From: Caulobacteraceae bacterium
GTDB lineage: Bacteria > Pseudomonadota > Alphaproteobacteria > Caulobacterales > Caulobacteraceae
Length of the DNA: 64,000 nucleotides
Direction: 5' to 3'
Assembly (NCBI GenBank): GCA_035493215.1
Contig: DATJIO010000007.1
Span: 15,578-79,577 of the forward strand
Shown: positions 12,637 to 23,748 of the stretch, in pieces
Position numbering within the stretch: the first letter of the stretch is position 1
Layout of the letters: every line of letters begins with the position of its first letter
The notes under the pieces: model-generated
Told to the model about the DNA's origin: nothing
The model's database searches: none
Seen by the model: only the letters and a program-made list of their open reading frames with translations
Translations under genes and position numbers: made by a program

Positions 12637-12875
12637 GGTCCATCCGTGGATGCGGCGGTCTCGAGGGCCAGGGCGTGCAGCTCGCCGCCTACCCGCCCCT
12701 TCAGGGCGGCGTAGACCAGCTGATGCTGGCGCACCCGCGTCAGGCCGCGGAAGGCGGCGGCCGTGATCTTCGCCTTGTAGTGGTCGCCGTCGCCGGCCAG
12801 GTCGTCGATGACGATCTCCGCGTCGGGGAAGGCTTCCCGCAGCGTAGATTCGAGGTCTTCGGCGGACATCGGCAT
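12633..12875 (-). CDS. bolA: BolA-family protein
   Basis: 80-aa ORF with GDGDHYKAKITAAAFRGLTRVRQHQLVYAAL, the BolA signature. Confidence 0.85.
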   Translation of the reverse strand: MPMSAEDLESTLREAFPDAEIVIDDLAGDGDHYKAKITAAAFRGLTRVRQHQLVYAALKGRVGGELHALALETAASTDGP

Positions 12876-12928
12876 GAAGCACTCATGCAGCCGGTTCGGT
12901 TAAAAACCGGCGAATATTTGGGGCCTAT

Positions 12929-14212
12929 TTAAGGGGCGGCCCCGTCGGCTCTGAGGGTGATCGGCCGGACGTCGCCGATCAGGAAAATCCAGGCGAAGGC
13001 GCCCACCGCCGCCACGGCGCCGACGAAGGCCAGCGCCCCGACGAAGGAGCCGGTGGCCTGGACGATGAATCCGATCGCCAGCGGGGTGACGATGCCCGAC
13101 AGGTTCGCCGCGGCGCTGAAAAGGCCGCCGACCAGTCCCAGGGTCCCCTTGGGGGCCATCTCCGACAGCACCGCCCAGCCCGAGGACGACATGGCCTGGG
13201 CGAAGAAGGCGACCGACAGGATGGCCACCACGGCGGCGGTCGACTGCACGTAGTTGGCCAGGACGATGGTGGACGCCACCAGCAGGCCCATGATCACCGG
13301 CAGCTTGCGCGCCAGGTTCAGCGAGGCGCCGCGCCGCAGCAGGGTGTCCGACAGCCACCCGGCGAACAGGATGCCGAAGAAGCCGGCCAGGTAGGGCAGG
13401 GAGGCCAGCACGCCCGTCTTGATCCAGCCCATGTGCCGCTCCGTGGCCAGGTAGGTCGGGAACCAGGTGAGGAAGAAGACGAAGGTCGAGTAGACCGAGA
13501 ATTGGCCCAGGCACAGGCCCATGACCTGGCGGTTCGTCGCCAGCTCGCGCAACAGGGACCAGCTGAACGGCCGCGTCTCGGCCGCCGTGCGCCCGCCGCC
13601 GTCGGCGATGAACGCCAGCTCGGCCTTCGAGGCGCGGCTGGCTTCGGGGTCGCGATAGCCGAGCCGCCACACCGCGGTGAAGGCCAGGCCCAGGCCGCCC
13701 GAGAGGAAGAACAGGCTGCGCCAGCCGTGCTGGGCGACGATCCAGAACAGCAGCGGGCTCATGAAGCCCAGGGCGACGTACTCGGCGGCCGTGTAGACGC
13801 CGATGGCCATGCCCCGTTCGCGCCGGGGAAACCAGGCGGCGACGATGTTGCTGTTGGCCGGAAAACAGGGGGCCTCGAACAAGCCCAACCCCAGGCGCAG
13901 CCCGATCAGCGAATAGAGGCCGCGGGTGAAGGCGTGCAGCAGGGTCGCGGCCGACCAGCCGGCGATGGCGACCAGATAGATCGTGCGCGCGCCGAAGCGG
14001 TCCAGCAGCACCCCCGCCGGCACCTGGGCGGCGAAATAGCTCCAGGAGAAGGCGGAGAACACCACCCCCATCAGGGCCGGACTGAGGTGGAACTCGCCCT
14101 GGATGCCCGGCGTCGCCACCCCCAGGATCGCCCGGTCGAGATAGTTGATCGCCACTGCGCCGCTGATCAGCGCCAGCATCACGAACCGGGTCCGCGTCCT
14201 GGCGGCGGCCAT
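12929..14212 (-). CDS. MFS transporter (anion:cation symporter / hexuronate-like)
   Basis: The C-terminal 427 aa of track ORF 12929..15418, starting at ATG 14212 (MAAARTRTRFVMLALISGAVAINYLDRAIL...). It has about 12 hydrophobic segments and LLDRFGAR. Confidence 0.85.
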   Translation of the reverse strand: MAAARTRTRFVMLALISGAVAINYLDRAILGVATPGIQGEFHLSPALMGVVFSAFSWSYFAAQVPAGVLLDRFGARTIYLVAIAGWSAATLLHAFTRGLYSLIGLRLGLGLFEAPCFPANSNIVAAWFPRRERGMAIGVYTAAEYVALGFMSPLLFWIVAQHGWRSLFFLSGGLGLAFTAVWRLGYRDPEASRASKAELAFIADGGGRTAAETRPFSWSLLRELATNRQVMGLCLGQFSVYSTFVFFLTWFPTYLATERHMGWIKTGVLASLPYLAGFFGILFAGWLSDTLLRRGASLNLARKLPVIMGLLVASTIVLANYVQSTAAVVAILSVAFFAQAMSSSGWAVLSEMAPKGTLGLVGGLFSAAANLSGIVTPLAIGFIVQATGSFVGALAFVGAVAAVGAFAWIFLIGDVRPITLRADGAAP

Positions 14213-14214
14213 GC

Positions 14215-16425
<2,211 letters not shown>

Positions 16426-16564
16426 GCCCGGCGCATTAGCCTATTCGCGCGCGCCTGTCAGGGCTCGCAAAGGCGCCGGTTCCTTATCTCGGTCCCTTGC
16501 GGGGAACGGCGGCCGGTCCTGGCCGCTTTACCGTCAGACCCATCGCGCACCGAAAGGAGCCGCC

Positions 16565-16753
16565 ATGCCCGCCGACCCGTCCATCCAGGTGCCCCAGCCG
16601 GTCGTCGCCCCCCCGCCGTCGGAGGGCGACCCCGCCGCGGCGGAGAAGCGCCGCGAGATCGAGCGCAAGGTCTACGAGAACCGCACCAGGACCGACAAGG
16701 AGGCCGAGGAGGAGATCGCGCCTCCGCCGCCCAGTCCGTTGCGGAGGGCCTGA
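16565..16753 (+). CDS. Small hypothetical protein (62 aa, Pro/Glu-rich)
   Basis: ATG at 16565 is preceded by AAAGGAG. GC3-rich codons are typical of this genome. The ORF is in frame within track ORF 16319..16753. Confidence 0.45.
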   Translation: MPADPSIQVPQPVVAPPPSEGDPAAAEKRREIERKVYENRTRTDKEAEEEIAPPPPSPLRRA

Positions 16754-16797
16754 ACCGTCGCCGAATAGGGCCAAGCCCTGAACCAGGGAGACGAGAT

Positions 16798-17121
16798 ATG
16801 CCGCACCGGACCCCTCGCGCCCCGAACGCCGCGACCGGGCGCCAGACGCCCAACGACCAGGCCCGCGGCCAGCAGCGCACCGTCCGTCCCGAGCCCCGCA
16901 GCTACGCCGCCCCCGACGTGGCGGATTCCACCCTGGCCGGCCCTGCCGCCGGCGAGGTCGGCGACTACGCCGACGAGGGCGCCCCATCCGGCGGTATGCA
17001 GCAGGGCGGCGACCGCACCCGCATCCCCGAGAAGAACGCCGCCCGGCCGCAGGGTCGCAAGACCCGGGAGGCCAACCTCGAGCGGTTCAACCGGATTTCC
17101 GCCGAGTGGAGCAAGCCGTGA
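16798..17121 (+). CDS. Small hypothetical protein (107 aa, low complexity)
   Basis: ATG at 16798 is preceded by GGGAGACGAGAT. Codons are GC3-rich. This is the terminal part of the shadow ORF 14434..17121. Confidence 0.45.
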   Translation: MPHRTPRAPNAATGRQTPNDQARGQQRTVRPEPRSYAAPDVADSTLAGPAAGEVGDYADEGAPSGGMQQGGDRTRIPEKNAARPQGRKTREANLERFNRISAEWSKP

Positions 17122-17330
17122 TGGGCCGCGTCGGCATTTCCAACGGCCCTAACAGCCGGCCTCTCGACGAGACCGTCGCCGAGACCGGGCCGGGGCTTCC
17201 GGACGACGCGGTGCTGGACGGCGAACTGGGGCCCGGCGACCTGGACGCCGGCGCCGACGAGAAGGCCGAGGCGCTGCGCAAGAAGGGCTGGGTCCGGGAT
17301 GGGACGAAGCCCCGTCATCCTCGGACGTAG
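17121..17330 (+). CDS. Small hypothetical acidic protein (69 aa)
   Basis: The ATG overlaps the previous stop (GTGATGG, sharing A17121). Codons are GC3-rich. Confidence 0.4.
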   Translation: MGRVGISNGPNSRPLDETVAETGPGLPDDAVLDGELGPGDLDAGADEKAEALRKKGWVRDGTKPRHPRT

Positions 17331-17340
17331 ACGGCGGGGA

Positions 17341-18006
17341 TTAAGCGCTGCCCGCCACGCTGCGAAACAGGATCGCGCCGTCGGCCGAGCCGAGTTCCGG
17401 CTCGAACGCCCGGTCGGGGTGAGGCATCAGCCCCAGGACGTTGCCCGCCTCGTTGACGATGCCGGCGATGGCCCGTGCCGAGCCGTTGGGATTGTCCAGG
17501 TAGCGGAACACCACCCGGCCTTCGCCCTCCAGCCGGTCCAGGGTCTCCTCGTCGGCGAAGAAGTTGCCCTCGCCGTTGCCCACCGTCATGGTCGCCGTCC
17601 GTTGCTGGCCATAGCCGGCGGTGAAGCGGGTCTGGGCGTTGGTCACCTCCAGCGCCACGGCCTTGCAGACGTACTTGAGGCCGGCGTTGCGCAGCAGCGA
17701 GCCCGGCAGCAGGCCCGCCTCGCACAGGATCTGGAAGCCGTTGCAGATGCCCACCACCGCCACCCCGCGGCCGGCGGCCTGGGCCACCGCCCGCATCACC
17801 GGCGACTGCGCCGCCATGGCCCCGCAGCGCAGGTAGTCGCCGTACGAGAAGCCCCCCGGCAACACGATCAGGTCGGTCCCGGCGGGCAGCTCGCTGTCGC
17901 CGTGCCAGACCATCTCCGGCTTCGATCCGGTCGAGCGCTCGATCGCGACGGCGCAATCCCGGTCGCAGTTGGAGCCGGGGAAGACGACGACCGCTGATTT
18001 CATCAC
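17341..18006 (-). CDS. purQ: Phosphoribosylformylglycinamidine synthase subunit PurQ (glutaminase)
   Basis: 221-aa ORF with [16 protein letters not shown], a GFSYGDYL motif and the catalytic GICNGFQ. Confidence 0.96.
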   Translation of the reverse strand: MMKSAVVVFPGSNCDRDCAVAIERSTGSKPEMVWHGDSELPAGTDLIVLPGGFSYGDYLRCGAMAAQSPVMRAVAQAAGRGVAVVGICNGFQILCEAGLLPGSLLRNAGLKYVCKAVALEVTNAQTRFTAGYGQQRTATMTVGNGEGNFFADEETLDRLEGEGRVVFRYLDNPNGSARAIAGIVNEAGNVLGLMPHPDRAFEPELGSADGAILFRSVAGSA

Positions 18007-18013
18007 AGCGCCC

Positions 18014-18337
18014 CTATTTCCCGGCCTTGAGGTCGGCCCTGGCCTGGGTGAGCAGTTCGTCCATCCGCGCGCGCAGCTCGTGGGGCAGGCACTCGACGTT
18101 TTTTCCGGCCAGGTCGGCCAGCACCTTCTGTAACACGTCGTCGTCGCCGGGTTCCTTCAGGTCGGCGCGCATCACCGACAGGGCGTAGTCCTGCAGCGCG
18201 TCCCCGGCCAGCCCCATGCGCTCGCCTGCCCAAAGGCCCAGGAGACGGTCCCGGCGCGCCTGCGCCTTGAACTCGATCTCTTCGCCGTGGGCGAAATTGG
18301 CTTCGAACGCCTGCTCGCGTTCGTCGAAGGTGGTCAT
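18014..18337 (-). CDS. DUF1476 / F1Fo-ATPase inhibitor zeta-subunit homologue
   Basis: 107-aa ORF beginning [43 protein letters not shown]. This closely parallels the Paracoccus zeta subunit N-terminus as I recall it. Confidence 0.8.
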   Translation of the reverse strand: MTTFDEREQAFEANFAHGEEIEFKAQARRDRLLGLWAGERMGLAGDALQDYALSVMRADLKEPGDDDVLQKVLADLAGKNVECLPHELRARMDELLTQARADLKAGK

Positions 18338-18657
18338 GCGCTCGCTCCGGAATCGCGGGGTTTGGGCGTCATATAGGACAGCCGAGGCGGATCAGGAATT
18401 GCGGCGACCACCATTTCGTGGCCCGCGGGCGAAGCGGCGGCGTTTTGGCCCTTCTCTGGCCTGGCTGAACGCCGGATGAACCGCCCGGTCAGGAATGGTC
18501 ACATTTGCAAATATTCGCACCGGCTATTGGCCGCATGTCTTGCTGATTGAAGTATATGGCCAAACTATTTGAATAGTTAAGCCGCCGTTTTCGGCGTTTC
18601 TTAGGCCGGCGTTTACGGCCCGGGTGTGGACTGGGCGCGGGATTTCGGGGGGGCGAT

Positions 18658-20136
18658 ATGCGGACGATCGCGAGAAGTTTGGCGGCGGTGGCCGTGGCCG
18701 GCATGGTCGGCGGCCAGGCCTTCGGGCAGGGCGCGCCCGTGGTGGTGCGGGATTCGCCGGTGCACGGGGTTCCGGCCGACGCGGAGCCCTTGGCGCCGCC
18801 CGAGACCCTGAACGCCCAGTACGCCGCCCTGTCGGCGGCCCAGGGCCGGGCGGCGGTCCCGCAGAGCCGGGGGCCGGACGGGCCGACCGTGGCCATCGCG
18901 CCGATGATCGTCGACGCGGCGGGCGCCTTTGCGGCCTACATGCGCAAGGGCGCGGCGATCGACCCCAACTTCGCCGACGGCGCGGCCGTCGCCCGGGCGG
19001 TCTCCACCGGCTCGGGCTACGAGATCGAACAGTTCCAGGAGGGGATCGTCGCCTACGCCGCCCTGGCGGCCCTGCAGGAGCCGGACTTCGTCCAGGCGGT
19101 GTACGACGCCGGCCGCGACGCCCGCGACCGCGACGAGATCGCAGGCGGGCTGCTGGCGGACCCGAAGACGGTGCTTGAGATCGAGGGGGCGGACAAGGCG
19201 GCCGCGACCGTGAGCGGCGTCCTGGCCCAGATGGGGATCGAACTGCTGCGCACCGGGCAGGGCGTCAGGAAGGCGGCCTACGACGTGCAGCACCAGGCCT
19301 GGTCGAAGGAGGCCGCGCCCAACCCGCAGGAGCGGCTGGCCCAGGCCAAGAAGATTTCGGCGACCAGGACGGCGATGAGCGCCGACGACACCACCGCCCT
19401 GATGCAGAGCCTGGTGGCGATGCGCAAGGCCGGCGCTTCGGTGGGCGGACGCGCGCCAGCCCCTACGCCGGTGGTTCTGCGCGGCCTGGCGGTCGCCGCC
19501 CTGGCGGTCCTGGGCCGGGCCGGCGACGAGGATGTCGATAAGCTGACGCCGCTGCTGAGCGACGCCAAGAGCGCCGATTGCATGAAGATGGCCAAGCTGA
19601 ACCTCTACCAGTGCCTGGCCGTGGCCGGCCCCCACTACGAGCACGCCTTTTGCCTCGGCCAGCACGCCCTGATGGACACCGGCCAGTGCGTCATCGCCGC
19701 CGCCGGCCAGAGCCAGATCCCGGCCGTCACGCCGGTTTCCGCGCCGGTCAAGCCGTCCCGCTCGGTCTCGGTGCCTGTCGCCCTCGGTTCTCCCGCCGGG
19801 CCGGAGCGGGCCGGGGCCTACGCCCGGCCTCCGGCGCCGGACCGCGCCCCGCCCCGCGACGAGGCCGCCGCCGCGCCGTTTCCGGCCGCCCGTGACGAGC
19901 GTGCCGACCGCGACGAGGCCCCGCCGCCGCGGCAGAGCGCCCGCGACGAGGCCTACGACCGGAACCGGGCCTACGACCGCGACCAGGACTACGCCGGCTA
20001 CGGCCGGCAGGACCCGCGTTACGACGGCTATTACGACGACGGCCCTCAGGCCTCGCCGCGGGACCTGCGCCAGGACTACGACCCCTACGACGACAGGTAC
20101 GGCCCCCCCGTCTACGCCTACCGCTTCGGGCGCTAG
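18658..20136 (+). CDS. Secreted hypothetical protein with Asp/Arg/Tyr-rich C-terminal tail
   Basis: 492-aa ORF with a signal peptide ([24 protein letters not shown]) and a Cys-containing helical core. The last 100 aa or so are low complexity ([33 protein letters not shown]). Confidence 0.7.
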   Translation: MRTIARSLAAVAVAGMVGGQAFGQGAPVVVRDSPVHGVPADAEPLAPPETLNAQYAALSAAQGRAAVPQSRGPDGPTVAIAPMIVDAAGAFAAYMRKGAAIDPNFADGAAVARAVSTGSGYEIEQFQEGIVAYAALAALQEPDFVQAVYDAGRDARDRDEIAGGLLADPKTVLEIEGADKAAATVSGVLAQMGIELLRTGQGVRKAAYDVQHQAWSKEAAPNPQERLAQAKKISATRTAMSADDTTALMQSLVAMRKAGASVGGRAPAPTPVVLRGLAVAALAVLGRAGDEDVDKLTPLLSDAKSADCMKMAKLNLYQCLAVAGPHYEHAFCLGQHALMDTGQCVIAAAGQSQIPAVTPVSAPVKPSRSVSVPVALGSPAGPERAGAYARPPAPDRAPPRDEAAAAPFPAARDERADRDEAPPPRQSARDEAYDRNRAYDRDQDYAGYGRQDPRYDGYYDDGPQASPRDLRQDYDPYDDRYGPPVYAYRFGR

Positions 20137-20150
20137 ACGCGACCCGGCAG

Positions 20151-20177
20151 CCGGCGTGCGGTCGCCCCGCACGCCGG
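20151..20177 (+). terminator. Perfect 11-bp hairpin after the 492-aa gene
   Basis: CCGGCGTGCGG-TCGCC-CCGCACGCCGG lies 15 nt after the stop. The U-tract is weak (TGGTCCCGGTTTG). Confidence 0.45.
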
Positions 20178-20253
20178 TGGTCCCGGTTTGCGCCAGGGGG
20201 GGGATTCCGCTAGGTTGGACGGGTCCTACATCGATGGAAGGTCTGAGTCGGGC

Positions 20254-20288
20254 CGCGCGCGAAACATCCCGCGCGCGCTTTTCATTTT
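20254..20288 (+). terminator. GC hairpin plus T-tract immediately upstream of purC (terminator or leader attenuator)
   Basis: A (GC)n stem of 7 bp (about 20254-20278) is followed by TTTTCATTTT. It ends 38 nt before the purC ATG. Confidence 0.5.
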
Positions 20289-20325
20289 CCGACCGAGCCA
20301 TCCAACCCGCCCCGGAGCGAGCGAC

Positions 20326-21081
20326 ATGACCCGCCGCAAGAAGATCTACGAAGGCAAGGCCAAGATTCTGTACGAGGGGCCCGAACCCGGGACGCTCATC
20401 CAGTACTTCAAGGACGACGCCACCGCCTTCAACGCCCAGAAGAAGGCGGTGCTCGACGGCAAGGGCGTCATCAACAACCGGATCTCCGAATATGTGATGA
20501 CCCGGCTGAACACGATCGGCGTCCAGAACCACTTCATCAAGCGGCTGAACCTGCGCGAGCAGCTGATCAAGGAGGTGGAGATCATCCCGCTGGAGGTGGT
20601 GTGCCGCAACATCGCCGCCGGTTCACTGTCGCAGCGCCTGGGCATCCCCGAGGGCCAGCCCCTGCCTCGGTCGATCATCGAGTTCTACTACAAGAAGGAC
20701 GAGCTCAACGACCCGATGGTCACCGAGGAGCACATCACCGCCTTCAACTGGGCCTCGACCCAGGAGATCGACGACATGCTGGCAATGACCCTCCGGGTGA
20801 ACGACTTCCTGTCGGGCATGTTCGGGGCCGTCGGCATCACCCTGGTGGACTTCAAGATCGAGTACGGCCGCATCTGGGAAGGCGAGTTCAGCCGCGTCAT
20901 CCTGGCCGACGAGATCAGCCCGGACTCGTGCCGGCTGTGGGACACCATCACCAACGAGAAGATGGACAAGGACCGCTTCCGCCGCGACCTCGGCAACATC
21001 ATCGAGAGCTATACCGAGGTGGCCCGCCGCCTGGGGATCATGAAGGAGATGCCCCGGGTGATCGAAGGCGGCGTGGCGTAG
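20326..21081 (+). CDS. purC: Phosphoribosylaminoimidazole-succinocarboxamide (SAICAR) synthase
   Basis: Track ORF trimmed to ATG 20326 ([36 protein letters not shown]...). Confidence 0.96.
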   Translation: MTRRKKIYEGKAKILYEGPEPGTLIQYFKDDATAFNAQKKAVLDGKGVINNRISEYVMTRLNTIGVQNHFIKRLNLREQLIKEVEIIPLEVVCRNIAAGSLSQRLGIPEGQPLPRSIIEFYYKKDELNDPMVTEEHITAFNWASTQEIDDMLAMTLRVNDFLSGMFGAVGITLVDFKIEYGRIWEGEFSRVILADEISPDSCRLWDTITNEKMDKDRFRRDLGNIIESYTEVARRLGIMKEMPRVIEGGVA

Positions 21082-21092
21082 AGGTGCGATTG

Positions 21093-21332
21093 ATGAAGGC
21101 CAAGGTCGAAGTGTTCCTCAAGCCCGGCGTGCTCGACGTCCAGGGCAAGGCCATAGAGGGCGCCCTGCACGGGCTGGGCTTTCCCGGTGTGGATCACGTC
21201 CGGGTCGGCAAGACCATCAGCTTCGACCTGCCCGAGGGCGACCGGTCGCAGGCCGAAGCCCAGGTCAAGGCCATGTGCGACCGCCTCCTCGCCAACGCCG
21301 TGATCGAGAACTACCGGGTCGAGATCGCCTAG
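21093..21332 (+). CDS. purS: Phosphoribosylformylglycinamidine synthase subunit PurS
   Basis: 79 aa reading MKAKVEVFLKPGVLDVQGKAIEGALHGLGF...ENYRVEIA. This is the terminal part of the shadow ORF 20601..21332. Confidence 0.9.
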   Translation: MKAKVEVFLKPGVLDVQGKAIEGALHGLGFPGVDHVRVGKTISFDLPEGDRSQAEAQVKAMCDRLLANAVIENYRVEIA

Positions 21333-21725
21333 ATGGCTGGCGATCCGGGGCCGCGGCTTTTCCGGATCAATATCGAGGTCGGCGACATCGCGCGCGCCAC
21401 CGCCTTCTATTCCGAGCTGCTGGGCCAGGCCGGGCGCCCGGATCGCGGCGCCCGCTGCTATTTCAGCGCCGGCGCGGTGACGCTTCAGGTGGTGCAGGTC
21501 GAAACCCCGTCGCTGGCGGCCAAGACGCTCTATTTCTCGGTCGGCGACCTGATGGCCGTCCACGCCCGCGCGGCGGCGCTGGAATGCCTGTCGCAGGACT
21601 TGGTGCACGGCGCGCCCGCCGGCGATCCCGCTGTCCGGCCCTGGGGCGAGAAGTCGTTCTACGCCGACGACCCGTGGGGCAATCCGCTGTGCTTCGTCGA
21701 GGCCGGCACGATCTACGCCGCCTAG
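21333..21725 (+). CDS. VOC (glyoxalase/bleomycin-resistance) family protein
   Basis: 130-aa ORF whose ATG directly abuts the purS stop. It ends in ...SFYADDPWGNPLCFVE, a typical VOC C-terminal strand. Confidence 0.7.
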   Translation: MAGDPGPRLFRINIEVGDIARATAFYSELLGQAGRPDRGARCYFSAGAVTLQVVQVETPSLAAKTLYFSVGDLMAVHARAAALECLSQDLVHGAPAGDPAVRPWGEKSFYADDPWGNPLCFVEAGTIYAA

Positions 21726-22264
21726 ACCGCGCCCGTCGGCAGCCGCTCGGCGCCGCCGACGGGCACGCCGGCCTCGCGGCAGACCTGCGCGATCAGCGAG
21801 CCGGGCCCCACGCCCTCCTGGAACGACTGCGACCAGCGTTCCATCGAGGTGTCGAGGCGGACCGGGGGGCCCTGCAGGTTGCTCTGGGCGAAGATCTCGC
21901 TTTCCACCAGCATGAACCGCCGCCCCGCGCAGTCGAACCGCCAGACGTCGCGGAACGAGCGGATGGGCCCGGCGCCGATCAGCTGGGTGACGAACTGCTC
22001 GCCGTGCACCACCGACTGCACGCCCCGATCGGTGACCTCGATGCTGGGGGGCGCGTAGAACAGCACCATGTTGTCCGTCGTGGCGGCTTCGACCTCGCCG
22101 CCCTTGCGGATATAGGCGGCGATCCACTGCTCGATGTCGTCCGGGTCGAGGCTCCGCGGCGGCGGCGGATTGGCCGCCGGGTCCGCTGCGGCCAGGGCGA
22201 GGTCGGCCATGCCGGCGGTGATCAGGGCGACCGCCCCGGCGAGGGCTGCAGAAAGCCGCCTCAT
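21722..22264 (-). CDS. Secreted hypothetical protein
   Basis: 180-aa ORF with a signal peptide (MRRLSAALAGAVALITAGMADLALA). I recognise no family. Confidence 0.55.
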   Translation of the reverse strand: MRRLSAALAGAVALITAGMADLALAAADPAANPPPPRSLDPDDIEQWIAAYIRKGGEVEAATTDNMVLFYAPPSIEVTDRGVQSVVHGEQFVTQLIGAGPIRSFRDVWRFDCAGRRFMLVESEIFAQSNLQGPPVRLDTSMERWSQSFQEGVGPGSLIAQVCREAGVPVGGAERLPTGAV

Positions 22265-22283
22265 GCTCCCTCCTGTCCGGGCC

Positions 22284-22793
22284 TCAGCGCTTGGCGGTGA
22301 AGTCCTGGTCCGAATACATGGCCGCGACCGGCGGCCGGATGACGATATAGGTCCGCTCCTGCGCTTCGTGACACATATTGCAGGTGTTGGTCACCTCGCC
22401 GTAAGCCCGGTCGGCCGTGCCGGGGTCGCGCGCCTTGATCGCCGCCTGCAGGGTGTCGATCGGCTTGGCGATCATGGTCATCAGGTCGGCGCTGTCCTTG
22501 CCCTCGTAGGTCGGGATCGAGCGGGTGATGCGGGTGAACGCCCCGCGCAGCTCCCCCACCTCATAGGCGGCGTAGACCCAGTTGCGGGCCCGGATCGCCA
22601 GGCCCAGCTTGGTGTGCCGCGGCTGCACGGCCATGGTCATCATGTCGCTGAGGCTGGGGTGGTAGTCGGCGTAGACCGACGGCTTCGGGGCGGGCCGGGG
22701 CGGGGCGGGCTGCTGGGCCGGAGCCGCGGCGGGGACGGCGGCGAGACAGGCGACCGCGGCTGCGGCGGCGATCTTCCGGTGCGATGCCGTCAT
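22284..22793 (-). CDS. Class II (cytochrome c'-like) c-type cytochrome candidate
   Basis: 169-aa ORF with a signal peptide and a helical body. A single CxxCH (CNMCH) lies near the C-terminus, the hallmark position for class II cytochromes c. Confidence 0.55.
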   Translation of the reverse strand: MTASHRKIAAAAAVACLAAVPAAAPAQQPAPPRPAPKPSVYADYHPSLSDMMTMAVQPRHTKLGLAIRARNWVYAAYEVGELRGAFTRITRSIPTYEGKDSADLMTMIAKPIDTLQAAIKARDPGTADRAYGEVTNTCNMCHEAQERTYIVIRPPVAAMYSDQDFTAKR

Positions 22794-22954
22794 GGCGACC
22801 CTCTCGCGGACCTGCGCGCCGCGGACCGGGCGCCGGCCGAAGTGATCGCCAGTTTCCGGGTGGCGTCAATGCCGGCCGATCCTCCGCAATGGGCTTGCCC
22901 GCTCGGTCTGCGCGTGGCGAACTCCCGGCCCCAGGCCGACGGAGGCGGAAGACC

Positions 22955-23260
22955 ATGTACAAGCTGCTCGCGCTGTATCTCCCGCCGGCCGATCCGGACC
23001 ATTTCCGCCGCTACTACGAGAACCACCACATGCCCCTGGCCCGGGCCCTGCCGGGGTTGCTGGCCCACAGTTACAGCTTCTCGCCGGAAGGGATGGGCGC
23101 GCCGTCGCCCTACTTCTGCGTGTTCGAGGGCGCCTTCGCCAACCGGGCCGCCTTCGAGGCGGCGGTGGCGTCCGACATCGGCCGCAAGACCGCCGCCGAC
23201 GTGGCCAACTACGCCACCGGCGGGGTGACGCTGTTGCACTACGAGGTCACGACCGGCTGA
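22955..23260 (+). CDS. EthD-family protein
   Basis: 101 aa from ATG 22955 (MYKLLALYLPPADPDHFRRYYENHHMPLARALPGL...), matching the EthD pattern. Confidence 0.75.
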   Translation: MYKLLALYLPPADPDHFRRYYENHHMPLARALPGLLAHSYSFSPEGMGAPSPYFCVFEGAFANRAAFEAAVASDIGRKTAADVANYATGGVTLLHYEVTTG

Positions 23261-23334
23261 GGCCCTGGCAGCCGCGGCGCAACTTTCCGCGGCGCTGGCG
23301 GGTTGGATGAGGGTTACAGGTCAGGAGCTTCCAG

Positions 23335-23739
23335 ATGATTTTGCCCAAGCACGCCACGGTCGCCGTGGCCGACGGGGAGAAGCTGCGCCTCTTCCGCAAC
23401 ACCGGCGACGCGATCAACCCCAGCCTCACCGCAGTAGACCACCCCGCGATCGACGGCGGGAACGGCGGATCGGGCGGGCGTCACCACAGCAGTTCGGCCA
23501 ATCCCGACGACAGCCGGCAGCAGGAGGACGGATACGCCGCCGGCTCGGCCGCCTGGCTCAATCGCCAGGTGCTGGAAAAGACCATCGAGGCGCTGGTGAT
23601 CATCGCTTCGCCCAAGACCCTGGGCGAGCTGCGCCGGCACTACCACAAGGCGCTGCAGGCGGTGCTGCTGGGCGAGATCGGCAAGGACCTCACTGGCCGG
23701 CCGGTGGGCGAGATCGCCGCCGCCGTCGCCGCCGCCTAG
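23335..23739 (+). CDS. Host-attachment-protein family protein (Host_attach-like)
   Basis: 134-aa ORF with ATVAVADGEKLRLFRNTGD near the N-terminus and IIASPKTLGELRRHYH. As I recall this matches that family. Confidence 0.65.
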   Translation: MILPKHATVAVADGEKLRLFRNTGDAINPSLTAVDHPAIDGGNGGSGGRHHSSSANPDDSRQQEDGYAAGSAAWLNRQVLEKTIEALVIIASPKTLGELRRHYHKALQAVLLGEIGKDLTGRPVGEIAAAVAAA

Positions 23740-23748
23740 GCTTCGGGG

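Noticed and set aside
20178-20325. purC leader as a ZTP (pfl) or purine riboswitch
   Set aside because: I could not find the conserved pfl core (GGGTCGTGAC...CCGCCTGGGC-like) or guanine-riboswitch junction motifs. I report only the hairpins.
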